A stretch of 64,000 nt of DNA from Lama guanicoe. Lineage: Eukaryota. Below the pieces are notes generated by a model, which saw only the letters and a program-made list of their open reading frames with translations, was not told the DNA's origin and searched no databases. The stretch lies in NCBI GenBank assembly GCA_013239625.1, contig MU053881.1, forward strand, positions 5,851,957 to 5,915,956, written 5' to 3'. Made by a program: the position numbers and the translations under genes. Of this stretch, positions 48,298 to 59,699 are shown in pieces. Position 1 is the stretch's first letter, and each line of letters opens with the position of its first letter.

Positions 48298-48380
48298 CCC
48301 CCTCTACAATTTTGCATGTAGTTTGATGAGCCCACTGACATTCATACATGGAAACTTAGAGGGTTAGAGCCTGAAGAACC
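48165..48380. mobile_element. Short hAT-type fossil containing a CA repeat
   Basis: CCCTTTGAGAATCTGATGAAAACTGTG..AATTTTGCAT. Confidence 0.55.
48265..48296. repeat. (CA)16 microsatellite
   Basis: Direct read. Confidence 0.97.
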
Positions 48381-48444
48381 TTGTCAGCCACGTGAAGGAA
48401 TCTAAGGCTTTATCCAGAGGTCAGTTAGGAGACTGTAACAAGTA

Positions 48445-48970
48445 GGGATTCCTTTCAGCTTTGTCTGTGAGAGTGACACAGAATAACCATGATTTAAGCA
48501 AGACAGATATTTTTCTTTCTCATGAAAGAATCCATAAGTTGGCAGTTTACGGTTAACTGATGTTCACTTTATAGTCAACATCCCAGACTCTGTTTTGTTT
48601 TTTTTTTAAATCTTCTGGCTCTACCATTCTTAGTACTTGTTTCCATCCTCAACATCTCTTCATGGTCACTAGATGGCCACTGCTGCTCCAGCCATCACGT
48701 TAACATTACAGTCAGGGAGAAAGAGGAGTTGGGAAGGAGTAGGTCAAAAGGGTCTCTCAGCTGAGTCAATCCCTCAGTAAATGTGTTTTTCCGGAAGCCC
48801 TAGCCAGTGATTCTCAACTCCATACTGCATACTGTTGGCCAAAACTTAGGACCTGAAAGGGCTTGAAAATGTCGTTCCTCAGTTGGGCCCATTGTCAATC
48901 CTACCAAAACCAGAGTTCCCTTCCAAAGGGAGAAGAGGAGAAAGAGTATTGTGTAGACGGAGAGCAGTCT
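48445..48970 (-). mobile_element. Old MaLR LTR (MLT1K-type)
   Basis: CTCTTCATGGTCACTAGATGGCCACTGCTGCTCCAGCCATCAC. Confidence 0.65.
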
Positions 48971-49195
48971 CCGTCAGAGGAACATCAGAAGCAGGAATTG
49001 GGCAAGGCCACGTTGCCAGCACTGTGGACGGCAGACTGGGAAGAGCAAGAAAAACAGGAGGGAGGGTTTGAAGGAGCCTGAATTCGCTTAGTGGCTGCAA
49101 GGATCGAGAGAAGCAGATGTGGAGGAGGTGGAATCGACATGATTTAATTGATAGGGTTTGGTGATGGATGGAATATGAGGGTGGAGGAGAGGGAG

Positions 49196-50005
49196 TGTGA
49201 GACTGAGATTTACAACAAGAAATACATATTTGGTCTTCATCCCCATTTCTGGCACAAAGCTCCTAAATCTTTCGTATTTCCTAAGTGGTGAGAGAAAGAA
49301 AAGTGTCTTTCATTATGTTCATGAGGTGACTTTTGAACCACACCTAAAGAGGGGGTTACCAGGAGAACCCACCAAGTGATCAGAGTAGGAGGTTGGAACT
49401 TCCAGTCCCAACCCAGTGACCTGTGGGGAGAGGAGAGGGGCTGAAGACTCAGTTCAATCACCAATGGCCAGTGATTTTATCAATCATGCCTGTGAAAAGA
49501 AGCCTCCATAAAAACCTCAAAGGACAGGGTTCAGAGAGCTTTCGGGTTGGTGAACACGTGGGGATCTGGGGAGAGCGGCGTGCTTGGAGAGCATGGGAGC
49601 GCCACGCCCTTTCCCCACACCTTGCCCCGTGTGTCTCTTCCATCTGGCCGTTCCTGAGTTACTTCCTTTTATAATAAACCGGCAATCTAGTAAGTAAACG
49701 TTTTTCTGAGTTCTGCAAGCTGTTCTAACAAATTAACAAATTAACTGAACCCAAGGTGGGGGTTATTGGAACCTCTGATCTATAGCCCGTGGGTCAGAAG
49801 CTCAGGTGACAGCCGGGACTTGCAGTTGATGTCTGAAGCGTGTCTGAGGGAGGCAGTCTTGCGGGACTGAGCCCTCCACCTATGGGATCTGATGCCGTCA
49901 CCGGGTAGAGAGTGTCAGAATTGAGTTGGATTGTAGGATACCCAGCTGGTGTGGAGAGTTGCTTCGTGGCATGAAAAAAACACACACGTTGAAATTAGTG
50001 ATCAG
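49196..50005 (+). mobile_element. MER21-type ERVL solo LTR
   Basis: TTCAATCACCAATGGCCAGTGATTTTATCAATCATGCC..AATAAACC..GTGTCAGAATTGAGTTG; collinear with 17809-18625. Confidence 0.88.
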
Positions 50006-50214
50006 ATCCCAGGGAACCTTCAGGCATACCTCCGCAGCACCAGTCCCCGGGAAGAGGTCTTGCAGAGTGAGAAGGTCATGACATCAGCAGGTTCCTGGTT
50101 GAGACCAAGGGATCCTAAGCACTGAAAAGGTGACAGCGCTTTCTCAACAAATCTCCCCTACGAGGAAGTCCAACAGCATTCTCAGTTTTCCTACAATTGC
50201 TTAGATGTTTTTCC

Positions 50215-51420
50215 AAAAGTCACATTCATTAAGCCCTAACGGGCATACAATAAATACACTTATCTTAACTGCACAATTCAATGATTTCTGTCAAATGCGT
50301 ACACCTTGTGTGTAACTAACACCCCCGTCAAGATAGAGAATATTTCCATCAGTATAGAAAGTTCCCTTGTACCTCTGCCCACTTGGTCCCTACGTACCCA
50401 TCCCCAGGCAACCGCTGATCTGATTTCTGTTACTGTAAATGAGTTTGCCTGTTTTAGACATCATATAGGTGGAATCGTTCAGAAAATACTCTTTTGTGTC
50501 TGGCTTCTTTGAGTCAGCATCAAACCTCTTAAATCCATTGTGTTGTGTATCTGTAGTGTGCATGTTTCCAGGTGGTGTTCTGTCGTATGAATGTGCCACA
50601 ATTTATCTATCCATTCATGTGTCACTGGATGTTCAGGTTGTCTTCAGTTTAGGGCTATGATAAAAAGATTCCCATGAACATGTGTGTGCAAGCCTTTTGG
50701 AGAACATATACTTTCATTTCTTTCAGTTAAGTACCTTGAAGTGGAATGGCTTGGTCATACGGTAAGTGTATATTTAGATTTTAAAAGAAGCTGCCAGTTT
50801 TCCAAAGTGGTTGCACCATCCTGTTTTTCCATCAGCAGTGCAAGAGTGCTTCATTAACTCCACATTCTTTACTTGGTACGGCCAGACTTTTTTTTTTTTT
50901 TTGCCATTTCAGTGGCTAGGAAGTGATCTCTCACTGTGGTTTAAATTCGTATTTCCCTGACGACCAACATCTTTATGTATGCTTATTGAAGATGCATATA
51001 CCTTCTTTTGAGAAGCAAAGCCTTTTGCCCATCTTAAAAAAATTGGATTATTTGTCTCTTTATCTAGTTGGATGAGTTCTTTTATATTCTGGATACAAGT
51101 CCTTTGTCAGATAATTATTTTGAAAATACCTTCTCCCTGTTTGTAGTTTGCCTTTGGTTTTGCTTAACTGTGTCTTTTGAAGAAGGTTTAAATTTTGATA
51201 AAGTCAGTTTATTTTTTGTTTGTTTATGGCTCATGGTTTTTGTCCCATCTGAAAAAAAAAAACCAAACCGTGACTTACTCCATGTTTGTAAAGATTTCCT
51301 CCTATTTTTTTTTTTAGAAATTAAACATGTTTAGCTTTCGTAAAAGTTGTATTTATGAATGTTATAAGGTAAGGCTCAGGGCTCGCTTTTCCCCTACTAG
51401 CCACCCAGTCATTCTGGCCC
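50215..51420 (-). mobile_element. Ancient L1M 3' / ORF2 region
   Basis: CCCCAGGCAACCGCTGATCTG..TTTTCCAAAGTGGTTGCACCAT..TATATTCTGGATACAAGTCCTTTGTCAGAT. Confidence 0.9.
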
Positions 51421-53084
51421 TAGTGTAAACATCTTGCACCCAGGTACTTCCTTAGAAATAAAAATCTGTTGACATACGTTCTATTTTTTTCTCACATTTT
51501 CGGTCCTTCCGCTTTGCTGGGCACATTGCTGCATCTGACTACAGAGTGGACTCTGAGTTCTGATTTTCGCAGGTTGAATTTGTGTCCCCTGTGGGAGATG
51601 CAGGTGGAGACTCTCTCAGGCTCAGGATGGTCTGCAGCCCCGGAGAAAAGACTGAGCTTTAGATACAGAACCGGGAGCTACACCGCTGTGGCCGGAGTCA
51701 TGCTGGCAAAAAGCCACAGCCGGGTTCCTCCCGGGTTCTGCAGCCCCGCCTGTCTTCCCCTGACTCCTTTGCCTGTGGGCGGTAGCAGCTTCCCTTGTTG
51801 GCTTCCACATCCTTAAACTCTCTTCCAACACCCTTTTCTGAATGCACCATCTGTTTCCTCCTGAGACCCTGACTGATACACCCGATTATGAAACAACTTA
51901 TTAAAAGGTAACATCCCTTTTTCTTCTTTTTCCTATTGAACACCCAGGCACACGTCAGACAGGCACTTAATCAGCCCAGAACTGGCTGATGCTGAAGGCT
52001 TCCGTTGCAAAGCCCGATGCAAGAAGGTAGACCCAGGTTGGCCGCCGAGCGTAGTATCCATGAGTAATTTCTGAACTTGTTCATGGAAGGAGGCCTAGTG
52101 GTTTTCATGAGGTTCTAGACTCAGCTCTCCAGCTTCCGGGACAGCACCTGAGGCAGAACAAACCCTGACACACTGGAAACTCTGCAGTGGCATCAGGTAC
52201 CACCAGCGCCCCTCGCTGTAGCCCCAGCATCTTAGGATGGCAGTGCCAGCATTTTCTGGGTAAAATCCCCAAGTACAATCCAGTGAGGGCATTCAAAAAC
52301 TTCCAGAACGGTGTAAGAGATCCTGAGTCTTTTTATTTTTATTGTGCCTCCTCTGAACATTTAAAGGATTTTCTAGTTATTTGCTCGAGGCCATGTTGGC
52401 TATAAATGAGGAAGCCTTGGGACGGCCTTGGGGGTTCCAGGTGAGGCTGAGGAAAGATGAAAGGCAGGGTTGGTGGAGAGAGGGAAGCCAGGGAGAGGGG
52501 AACCCACCCCTGTCGGGCTGTGGCATGGCCACTGTCTTCTGGTGCACAGGCAGGGGCCCCAGACCTGCTTCACTGCCCACCTCAGCCACTTCCTAGATGT
52601 GCGGCTTTGGGCCCAGGTGATTCCAGCTCAGGCGGGGCTTCGTGCAGGGATTCAAGGATGCCCCCAGAATGTGCCTCCTCCCTGTCTCTCCCCGAGTCTT
52701 CTTTCCACTGTGTGTTGCCTTCATTCTTCAGGCCTCACAAGTTGGCTGCCTCAGGGCCAAGCCTCGCATGCTCTCTGATGCAGTGTTACCTTCCCAGTCC
52801 GAGGCCAGTCATCTGGGTCACAGGCCCACACCTGAACCGACCAGGATGGCCTGGGCTGTAACACGCCAGTGAGCTCAGTCCTGGGGTGGGGACCCTGCCC
52901 AGACCACATGGTCTGTGCGGGGAGGGCGGGCTGGTCCTCCGCCCTCACATGCACACCAGTGAACCAAAAGCTCTTCTGAGAGAGAGTGGCCATGGGTGCC
53001 GGGGGCGGGGGGAGAGTGACAAGCCTCTCAGGGTTTGCTGTAAGCCCTTCACCACTGATGTTTCAGAGAACAGGGATGAGGCAA

Positions 53085-53230
53085 GAAAGCCCTGGGTTCG
53101 AGTCCTGCCTCAGCCACTTACTTGCTGTGTGGACTCAGGCAGGTCTGCTTACTTGAGCCTCCCTTGCCTCATTTGTAAAGTAGAGAACATACCCCCCCAC
53201 AGTTGTGTGCAAATGAGCACTCAGTAACGG
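53085..53230 (+). mobile_element. MIR SINE
   Basis: CTGGGTTCGAGTCCTGCCTCAGCCACTTACTTGCTGTGTG. Confidence 0.85.
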
Positions 53231-53913
53231 GCTGCCTTAGCGCAAAGCGCTAAGTGGTAGCATTTATTATTGTAATTATTGTCATTCCTGGCTTGGGCCT
53301 CCTGGGAGTCCGAAGATGCCCAAGGACCAGCTGCAGATCATTAGGCGTCATGTGGCTGACATCTGGGCTCCGAGGAGGGAGTGGGGAGGCTGTGTCTCTG
53401 TCACCCAGACCACAGGGACCCCGCTTGATGAGGGCTCAGGCCACAGGCTGGCTCCGTCAAGCACCCGCACGGGGAGAGCGGGACAGGTGTCTGTCCAGCC
53501 TGGTGTCTCGTGATGTGTTGAATGAAAACCCGAGAGCGTTGTTAACAATCTTATCTAGATGCCCACTGGAGGAGGTACAGAGTCTGGGTGACTCGGGCTG
53601 AGGACGTGCAAGGAAGCCTAGAAAACTGAGGAGCTGGGTAGTGGTTAGTTGAATAGTTACCGTTGTCATCTTGTGAGCCCTTACTGCTGGTCAGACCTTG
53701 TGCTGAATGCTTTACGTCCGTGCGCATCTGCCCGATGCCTTCTCCCTTGTAGGGTCAGAGCCCCTGATTTTAAGCTGAGCACACCATTGTCCAGAATAAA
53801 ATCCAGAATAAAGAAAAAGTTTTCTTTTAGCTAAGGAAGACCATACTCCGATCAGCGGGATGTGAGCGGAAGAGATACGTGCAATTTCCATATGTAGCTT
53901 GCATTCTATTTCT

Positions 53914-54844
53914 TTTTAAAAAAAATTTTTATTGTAGTGTAGTTTAGTGACTTACAAAGTTGTGTTAGTTACTGGTGTACAGCATAGTGATTCAGTTATA
54001 TATATATGTGTATTCTTTCTCATTATAGATTATTACAAGATATTGGATATAGTTCCCTGTACTGTCCAGTAAGACCTTATTGTTTATCTGTTTTATATAT
54101 AGTAGTTAGTATCTGCAAATCCCAGACTCCTAATTTATCCCTCCCCCTCTACCGTTCCCCTTTGGTGACCATAAGTTTATTTTCAATATCTATATGAATC
54201 TATTTCTGTTTTGTAAATAAGTTCATTTGTGTCATTTTTTTAGATTCCACAGATATGTTATATTGTATGATATTTGTCTTTCTCTGAGTTCACTTAGTAT
54301 GATAATCTCTAGGTCCATCTGTGTTGCTGCAAATGGCATTATTTCATTCTTTTCAGGGGGGAGATGTGAAATAGAATTTATTGTGGCTCTTGGTTCTTTT
54401 ATGGCTGAGTAATATTCCTATATATATGTATGCATGTATATCACAACTTCTTTATCCAATCATCTGTCAATGGACATTTAGGTTGCTTCCATGTCTTGAC
54501 TATTATAAATAGTGCTGCTGTGAACCTTGGGGGTGCGTGTATCTTTTCAAATTAGAGTTTTCTCTGGATAGATGCCCAGGAGTGGGATTGCTGGATCATA
54601 TGTTAAGTCTATTTTTAGTTTTTTAAGGAATCTCTATACTGTTTTCTGTAGTGGCTGCACCAAATTACATTCCCACCAACAGTGTAGGAGGGTTCCCTTC
54701 TCTCCACACCCTTCACAGCATTCTTTTTAATGATGGCCTTTCTGACCGGTGTGAGGTGACACCTCATTGCAGTTTTGATTTGCATTTCTCTGACAATTAG
54801 CAGTATTAAGCATCTTTTCCTGTGCCTATTGGCCATCTGTATCA
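53914..54844 (-). mobile_element. 5'-truncated younger L1 (same family as 5916-6677) with TSD
   Basis: ORF 54615-54845 ..[23 protein letters not shown] matches L1 ORF2; 3'UTR collinear with the first copy; TSD CATTCTATTTCT (53902-53913) / CATTCGATTTCT (54845-54856). Confidence 0.95.
54354..54393 (-). other. 40-bp non-L1 insert within the L1, carrying a poly(A) signal; possible ultra-short retrocopy
   Basis: Absent from the paralogous L1 at about 6360; flanked by TTCTTTT duplicates; minus strand has AATAAA followed by 23 nt to its end. Confidence 0.6.
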
Positions 54845-55489
54845 CATTCGATTTCTGCTGGATGGTGCTGTGTAGGCACTGGGGATACAGTGGTAAGGAA
54901 TGGCAGTTCTTAGGTTAGAAAAAAAGTCTTTTTAAAAAAATCTCTTAAAGGCTAAATGGAGACAAAAATGGGAAAGTGCTCTTAAAAGCATAGAGGAGGT
55001 AAATATCAGATGGGCAAGAAAAAAAGCATTTCCTACGTTTTTTCCAACCAGCTTTAAGTGTGATCTAAAGGTGCCATCCAGAAGGTTCAGCAGGAAACTC
55101 AGCTTTGGTCATTCCTAGGGCTCCCCACCTCTGGGTGATGCCAGTCATACCAGCCCACACTGATTGCCAAGGACACGCTTGTTGCCTTAGCCTGTATGTC
55201 CTCCTCAAAGCCACATGAGGATGGAGTCTTCACAGAGACTGGAAACCCCAGCGTACAGGGTCACACCTCACACTGGCGTCCTGCCATCCCCTAGGACACT
55301 GCCACTGGAGGTGGGGGCGTTGATCCCTCACTCTCATTGGACCAGAGTCATCCCACTCCTCGCTCTCTGCATCCTTACCCTTTTGCCTCTCCCTTCTCTC
55401 TCTCTCACGCCCAACACACATCTACACTTTTCTAACGTTAACTGTCATCTCTTTAGCCGGCTCAGGCCAGAAGTCCGTGACCGCAACAC

Positions 55490-55695
55490 AAGGGCTGAAT
55501 TGAGCCTAATGATAGGTTTTATGTGGCACACACACCATGTTCGGTTTTTAATTTGTCTTGGATGCCAACATTTTAAAGTCATGAGCTTTCACGCAGAAAT
55601 CCACATCTCCAACTTCTCTTGAAACGTTAGAGGGTCTGGCAACCCTGGGCCTCTGTTTCCATGGCAACAGATGGCTGGAGGGAGTAACTGCATCC
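55490..55695 (+). mobile_element. Ancient hAT DNA transposon fossil (MER102-like)
   Basis: GCCAACATTTTAAA..CTTCTCTTGAAA..TCTGGCAACCCTGGGCC..CATGGCAACA..GGCTGGAG. Confidence 0.65.
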
Positions 55696-55796
55696 ATCCC
55701 ATTCTTCTTAGTGACTGTGCAGTTTTCTACTATTTGTGGGAATTCCATATACTTTTGGATCGAAAAAACCCCTAAACTCTGGGTTATTTTGAGATG

Positions 55797-55920
55797 CAGG
55801 GCCAGGCCCGGGCTGAAGTGAGTGAGACACCTTGGGGTGCAAAATTGCATGACCCTGAGTGTGGGCATCTCCTGAACCTTTGTGCCCCAGATGTCTTGGT
55901 GCCCCAGCATCTAGCCCTGA
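55797..55920. mobile_element. Short hAT fossil (MER96/MER91-like)
   Basis: CAGGGCCAGGCCC..GAGTGAGACACCTTGGGGTGCAAAATT. Confidence 0.45.
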
Positions 55921-56529
55921 ACCTACTAAGGCTTTTTTCTTCCAACACATCCTGCTGTCTTCTGGCAGCTTCTTCCGTATTTATGCCACTGAGGTATATA
56001 GAAACAGAGACCTTATCGTCACAGGTCCTTGTTAAACCCTAGGAAAGCCCTTGGAGAGAAGAGGTCGAGTCAGGAGAGAGATGGCCACGAGCCTTGGGGG
56101 AAATGCAGGTGTAGAAATTGCAGGGGACAGGTTAAGGGGGAGCTCTCACGAATTTTGGTTGCAGAGGGAAGAGAGAGATGGTGCGGTCACTGGATGTGGA
56201 CTGAGGAAAAATTTATGTTTTATTATAGTTTACAAGATGAGAAACTGGAATGGGCTTATAGGGGGAGAAAGAGGAATTAATGGCGTGAATGAGGCTGCAC
56301 GTTCCAATGGGGTGGGTGGGGATGGAGGCGCTATTCATCATGTGCTGACCGCCCGCCAGGCGCTGCGTGCCCACGGCTACACCCTGACCCCTCCTCCAGT
56401 CTTCCCTGCAGCCCTTGGAGGAGAGGGTCCTATCATCCTGATCCTGCAGTCAAGGCTTGCCTGAGACACATGGTGAAATCTTCCTTGAAAATACTGCATC
56501 TGAGGGTTGGTGAAATGAGTGCTAAGGTG

Positions 56530-56538
56530 CACACACAC

Positions 56539-56582
<44 letters not shown>
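56530..56582. repeat. Interrupted (CA)n microsatellite
   Basis: Direct read. Confidence 0.95.
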
Positions 56583-57314
56583 TATACACCCATACAGTAT
56601 CGCTCGTGCGATAAGCCCGAAGGGAGCTGGTCATAGTGAAGAACCCTGGGTGATATGAGGGTGGGAAGTTCAGGTGATGTGCCTTCGTAGGTGTCTCCCA
56701 GCTTCCTTTCAAGAGATGCCCTTGGGTAACGGCAGGGGTGGGCTTCTGTCTGTCCAACATGGGTGGTGCCAGGTAGTGGGCAGCCTGGAGTGGATGCCTT
56801 TCAGGCCTCTTGTCCCCCAACCCTGTGCCCAGCCCCATTCTCCAGGAACTCCAACACAAATACTTGGTATAGTTATAAAAATCGAATTACAGGAATAATT
56901 TGTTCCCGTAGCAGCAGGACCATATTGCTGTGGGACCTTCCCTGTCCTATAATGATGATGTGGCATCACTGTGAACAGTCACATTGCAGATACCCAAGCA
57001 TGGCCATCCTGGGGACGTTCACTGTTCTCCGCAGTGCCACAAAGTCCGGGACGGCCTGACCACGGGAGCCAAGTCCCGGTGACCACGGCCATGTATGGCT
57101 AGTTTTGTGGCAGAGCTGGGGTTGAACTCAGGTGTGTCTGATCCCGAAGCCAAAAGAGAAGGGATGGAGGGTCAGCCTTAGACAAGAGGCAGCTCACCTG
57201 TCTTGCTGAGACAGGAGCCGAGAAGGAGAAGACAGGTATGCCTACAGGTACAATTTCGTGAGGCGTGTGTGTGGGTGTGTGGACGGAAAGGCAGAAAGTT
57301 GAAGGTGGTTTTTC

Positions 57315-57435
57315 TGTTTAGCTTTGTAGACGTGTAACTGAAAAATAAAACTTTTATGCATTTAAGGTTTACAACTTAATGCTTTGATATATGTCTACAT
57401 TGTGAAATGGTCACCACAAGTGTGCTAATTAACAT
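57315..57435 (-). mobile_element. L1 (L1MA/MB-type) extreme 3'-end fragment
   Basis: ATTTAAGGTTTACAAC..TTTGATATATGT..ACATTGTGAAATGGTCACCACAA..GCTAATTAACAT. Confidence 0.75.
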
Positions 57436-57754
57436 AGATAAGAACATTTGCTAAAACCTGGAGGGAACTGTTGAGACGGGGGTTTGGAAGAGGAGTTGAA
57501 TGTTTGGGACAGCTGCCCTGGCCTGGGACCCCCGCAGTACTATAAGGCACCGTAGAGATCTGGGTTGAGTTTGGAGACCGTGGAGTTGAAGTGACTCCAG
57601 TGTGTCTGATGTGGTGTTCCCCAGCAGCTCTGTGGAACCAGAAAGGTCAATAGTCGGCTTTAGCTAGGGCTGGGGTTTTGCTGGGTGGCAGCAGCAGGAC
57701 AAGGGAATTGGTGAAGATTTGTTCAAGTGAACAGTTGTGGGTTTTAAGGTGATG

Positions 57755-58200
57755 TGTTAATCAGCCTTCTTTCAGCTGCAATTGACCAAATCCCAACTTT
57801 AGCTGGCTTATGTAGATTGGGTCACATATCCAGCAAGTTCAGGGATGGGACGGTTTCAGGCATGGCTGGATCCAGGGGTTTAAGCAGCGTCGTCAAGATA
57901 CTGTCTTTCCCTCTGGGCTCTGCTTTCTTGTGTTGGCTCCGCTTTTAGGTAAGCTCTTCCCTCGCAGTGTCCATCTTTGCCCCCTGCAGCTCCAGGTCTG
58001 CAACCAACTAGTTTAGTAACACTAGTTGAAAGGGAGCTGCACTTTCTCAAGAGTTCCAGCAAATGTCATACAAGATTTACTCACAGTGGACCAACCTGGG
58101 TCACATGCCCATTCCTGGACCAATGACCACATCCAGGGGAATGGAATTCTCTGATTGGCCAGGTCTGGGTCATGTACTCACCCGGGAGTTGGTCCTACTT
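57755..58200 (-). mobile_element. Old MaLR LTR (MLT1L-type)
   Basis: CAGGCATGGCTGGATCCAGGGG..TGGGTCACATGCCCATTCCTGGACCAAT..TCTGATTGGCCAGG. Confidence 0.7.
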
Positions 58201-58419
58201 GAGACACAGACAGGGACAGGGGTCCTCCACACATGGTAGGAGAGGAAGAGGGGCCACAACAGAGGGATGTGAAACCAGTGTGGTGGGAGTGAAGGAGTGG
58301 GGGAGCAGGAAGGGTGGGAGGCGGTGGTGGGAGCGTTGGTTTAGATGAGAAACTAGGGGGAATAAGGATTCTTATCAGAGCAGATCTCAGGACGAATGTG
58401 AGGGCTGAACTTTAGGGCA

Positions 58420-58880
58420 TTGATTTTTCAGGATGTTGGCTGCAAGCAACAAAAATCTCCTCTTTCCTAAGCCAAAAGGGTCCTCATTAGAAGGACTCTG
58501 GGCACTCCTGGAATTGACAGGTGGCTGGAGAGTGAGGACTGGACTGTGTGTGTGGGAACCAAGAGTGTCCCAGGGTCAGGAGGCAGGAATGCACAACAGA
58601 AATGGACAGTCGCCTACTCGGCTGCTGGGGTGAGCTGACCTGCAGCTGTCCTCATGCGCTGAAGTCACGAGCTCAGGATTTGGAATCACAGAAGAAAGCA
58701 TCCTACTGGCCACACCTCAGTCGTGCATCTGCTCCCTGGCCACACAGGTGTGAAGAGGGGGAGAACCTGGCCTCTTGAGAGAGGGAGATGCTCGCTCAGG
58801 AAACACCCAAGAGAGAGCAGTGGGCAGACAGGAAAAAGCGGATCCAGTACTGAAACGCCCAGCAGGGGACAAATGTCCAT
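58420..58880 (-). mobile_element. Old MaLR-type LTR remnant
   Basis: CAGGATGTTGGCTGCAAGCAACAAAA terminus. Confidence 0.45.
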
Positions 58881-59699
58881 TGGAGGCGGGAGTGACCGCT
58901 GGGGTGAACTTCATGATTCCTCGTAACAGCCCTGAGGGCTGGGGTTACTGCTGACGGAGGGGGACACGAGCTCTGAAGTGTGAAACTGCTCACCTGAGTT
59001 GGCAGGTGGCAGGGCTGCTAGGCCCCACCCAGGCCCGCGAGTGTCCAAAGCCCTGGCTCGCTCCTCCCCATGGGGGCGGTGGTGGAGACCGCCAAGACCT
59101 TGTAAGCTGCAGGCTGGTCCCTCATCACCTCATCAAATACTACAGCCTTCAGGTGTCCTGGGAATGGCCTTTGTCACACCTGGACAGGTCCCCAAACTTC
59201 CTTTCTTGACTGCTACCCATCCCCTGAACCAAGCCCAGGACGCCACCCCCACCGCAGTCCAGGAGAAAGGGGGACAGACGCATCCCCTCCTCTGCTCCCC
59301 AGCCATGGTGTTTAGCTGGTGGTTTTTGTCACATGTGATTTTGATGCCCCATAAAAGCAAGAAACGTGCCAAGGCATGCTGAGTCCGCTCCGGGAGATGG
59401 GTCTGCTTCCCAGGGGTGTGGGCAGAGGATTAATGACCCAGGCGTCAGGGCCAGGCCCCATCCTGGCTCCAAGGCCCCTTACACAGGGTGCCCTTCCACC
59501 CCACACCCAGGAACAGGCTCAGGGGCTGTCCTGTGGCCGAGCTGGACAGACGCATCCTGACGGGTTGCAACCGCTTCCTGCTCACTGCCGTGCCTTCAGG
59601 GCGGGGGGAGCTGGCCTCTCCCTCTGTGGACGCCTCGAGAAGGGAAAACTTCCTGTTTGTGCAGAAGAAGACGCTCTCCAAACAGCTCGATGGCCCTTG

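Noticed and set aside
17809..50005. Provirus bounded by the two MER21-type LTRs
   Set aside because: They are 31 kb apart and diverged, with no gag/pol-like internal sequence; the interval is filled with older repeats.
53790..53812. Tandem TCCAGAATAAA as a gene terminator
   Set aside because: It is a short slippage duplication with no upstream terminal exon identified.
58005..58028. 8-bp hairpin CAACTAGT..ACTAGTTG (similar 7-bp stems at 59942-59962 and 60019-60040)
   Set aside because: Stems this short are expected by chance in 64 kb.
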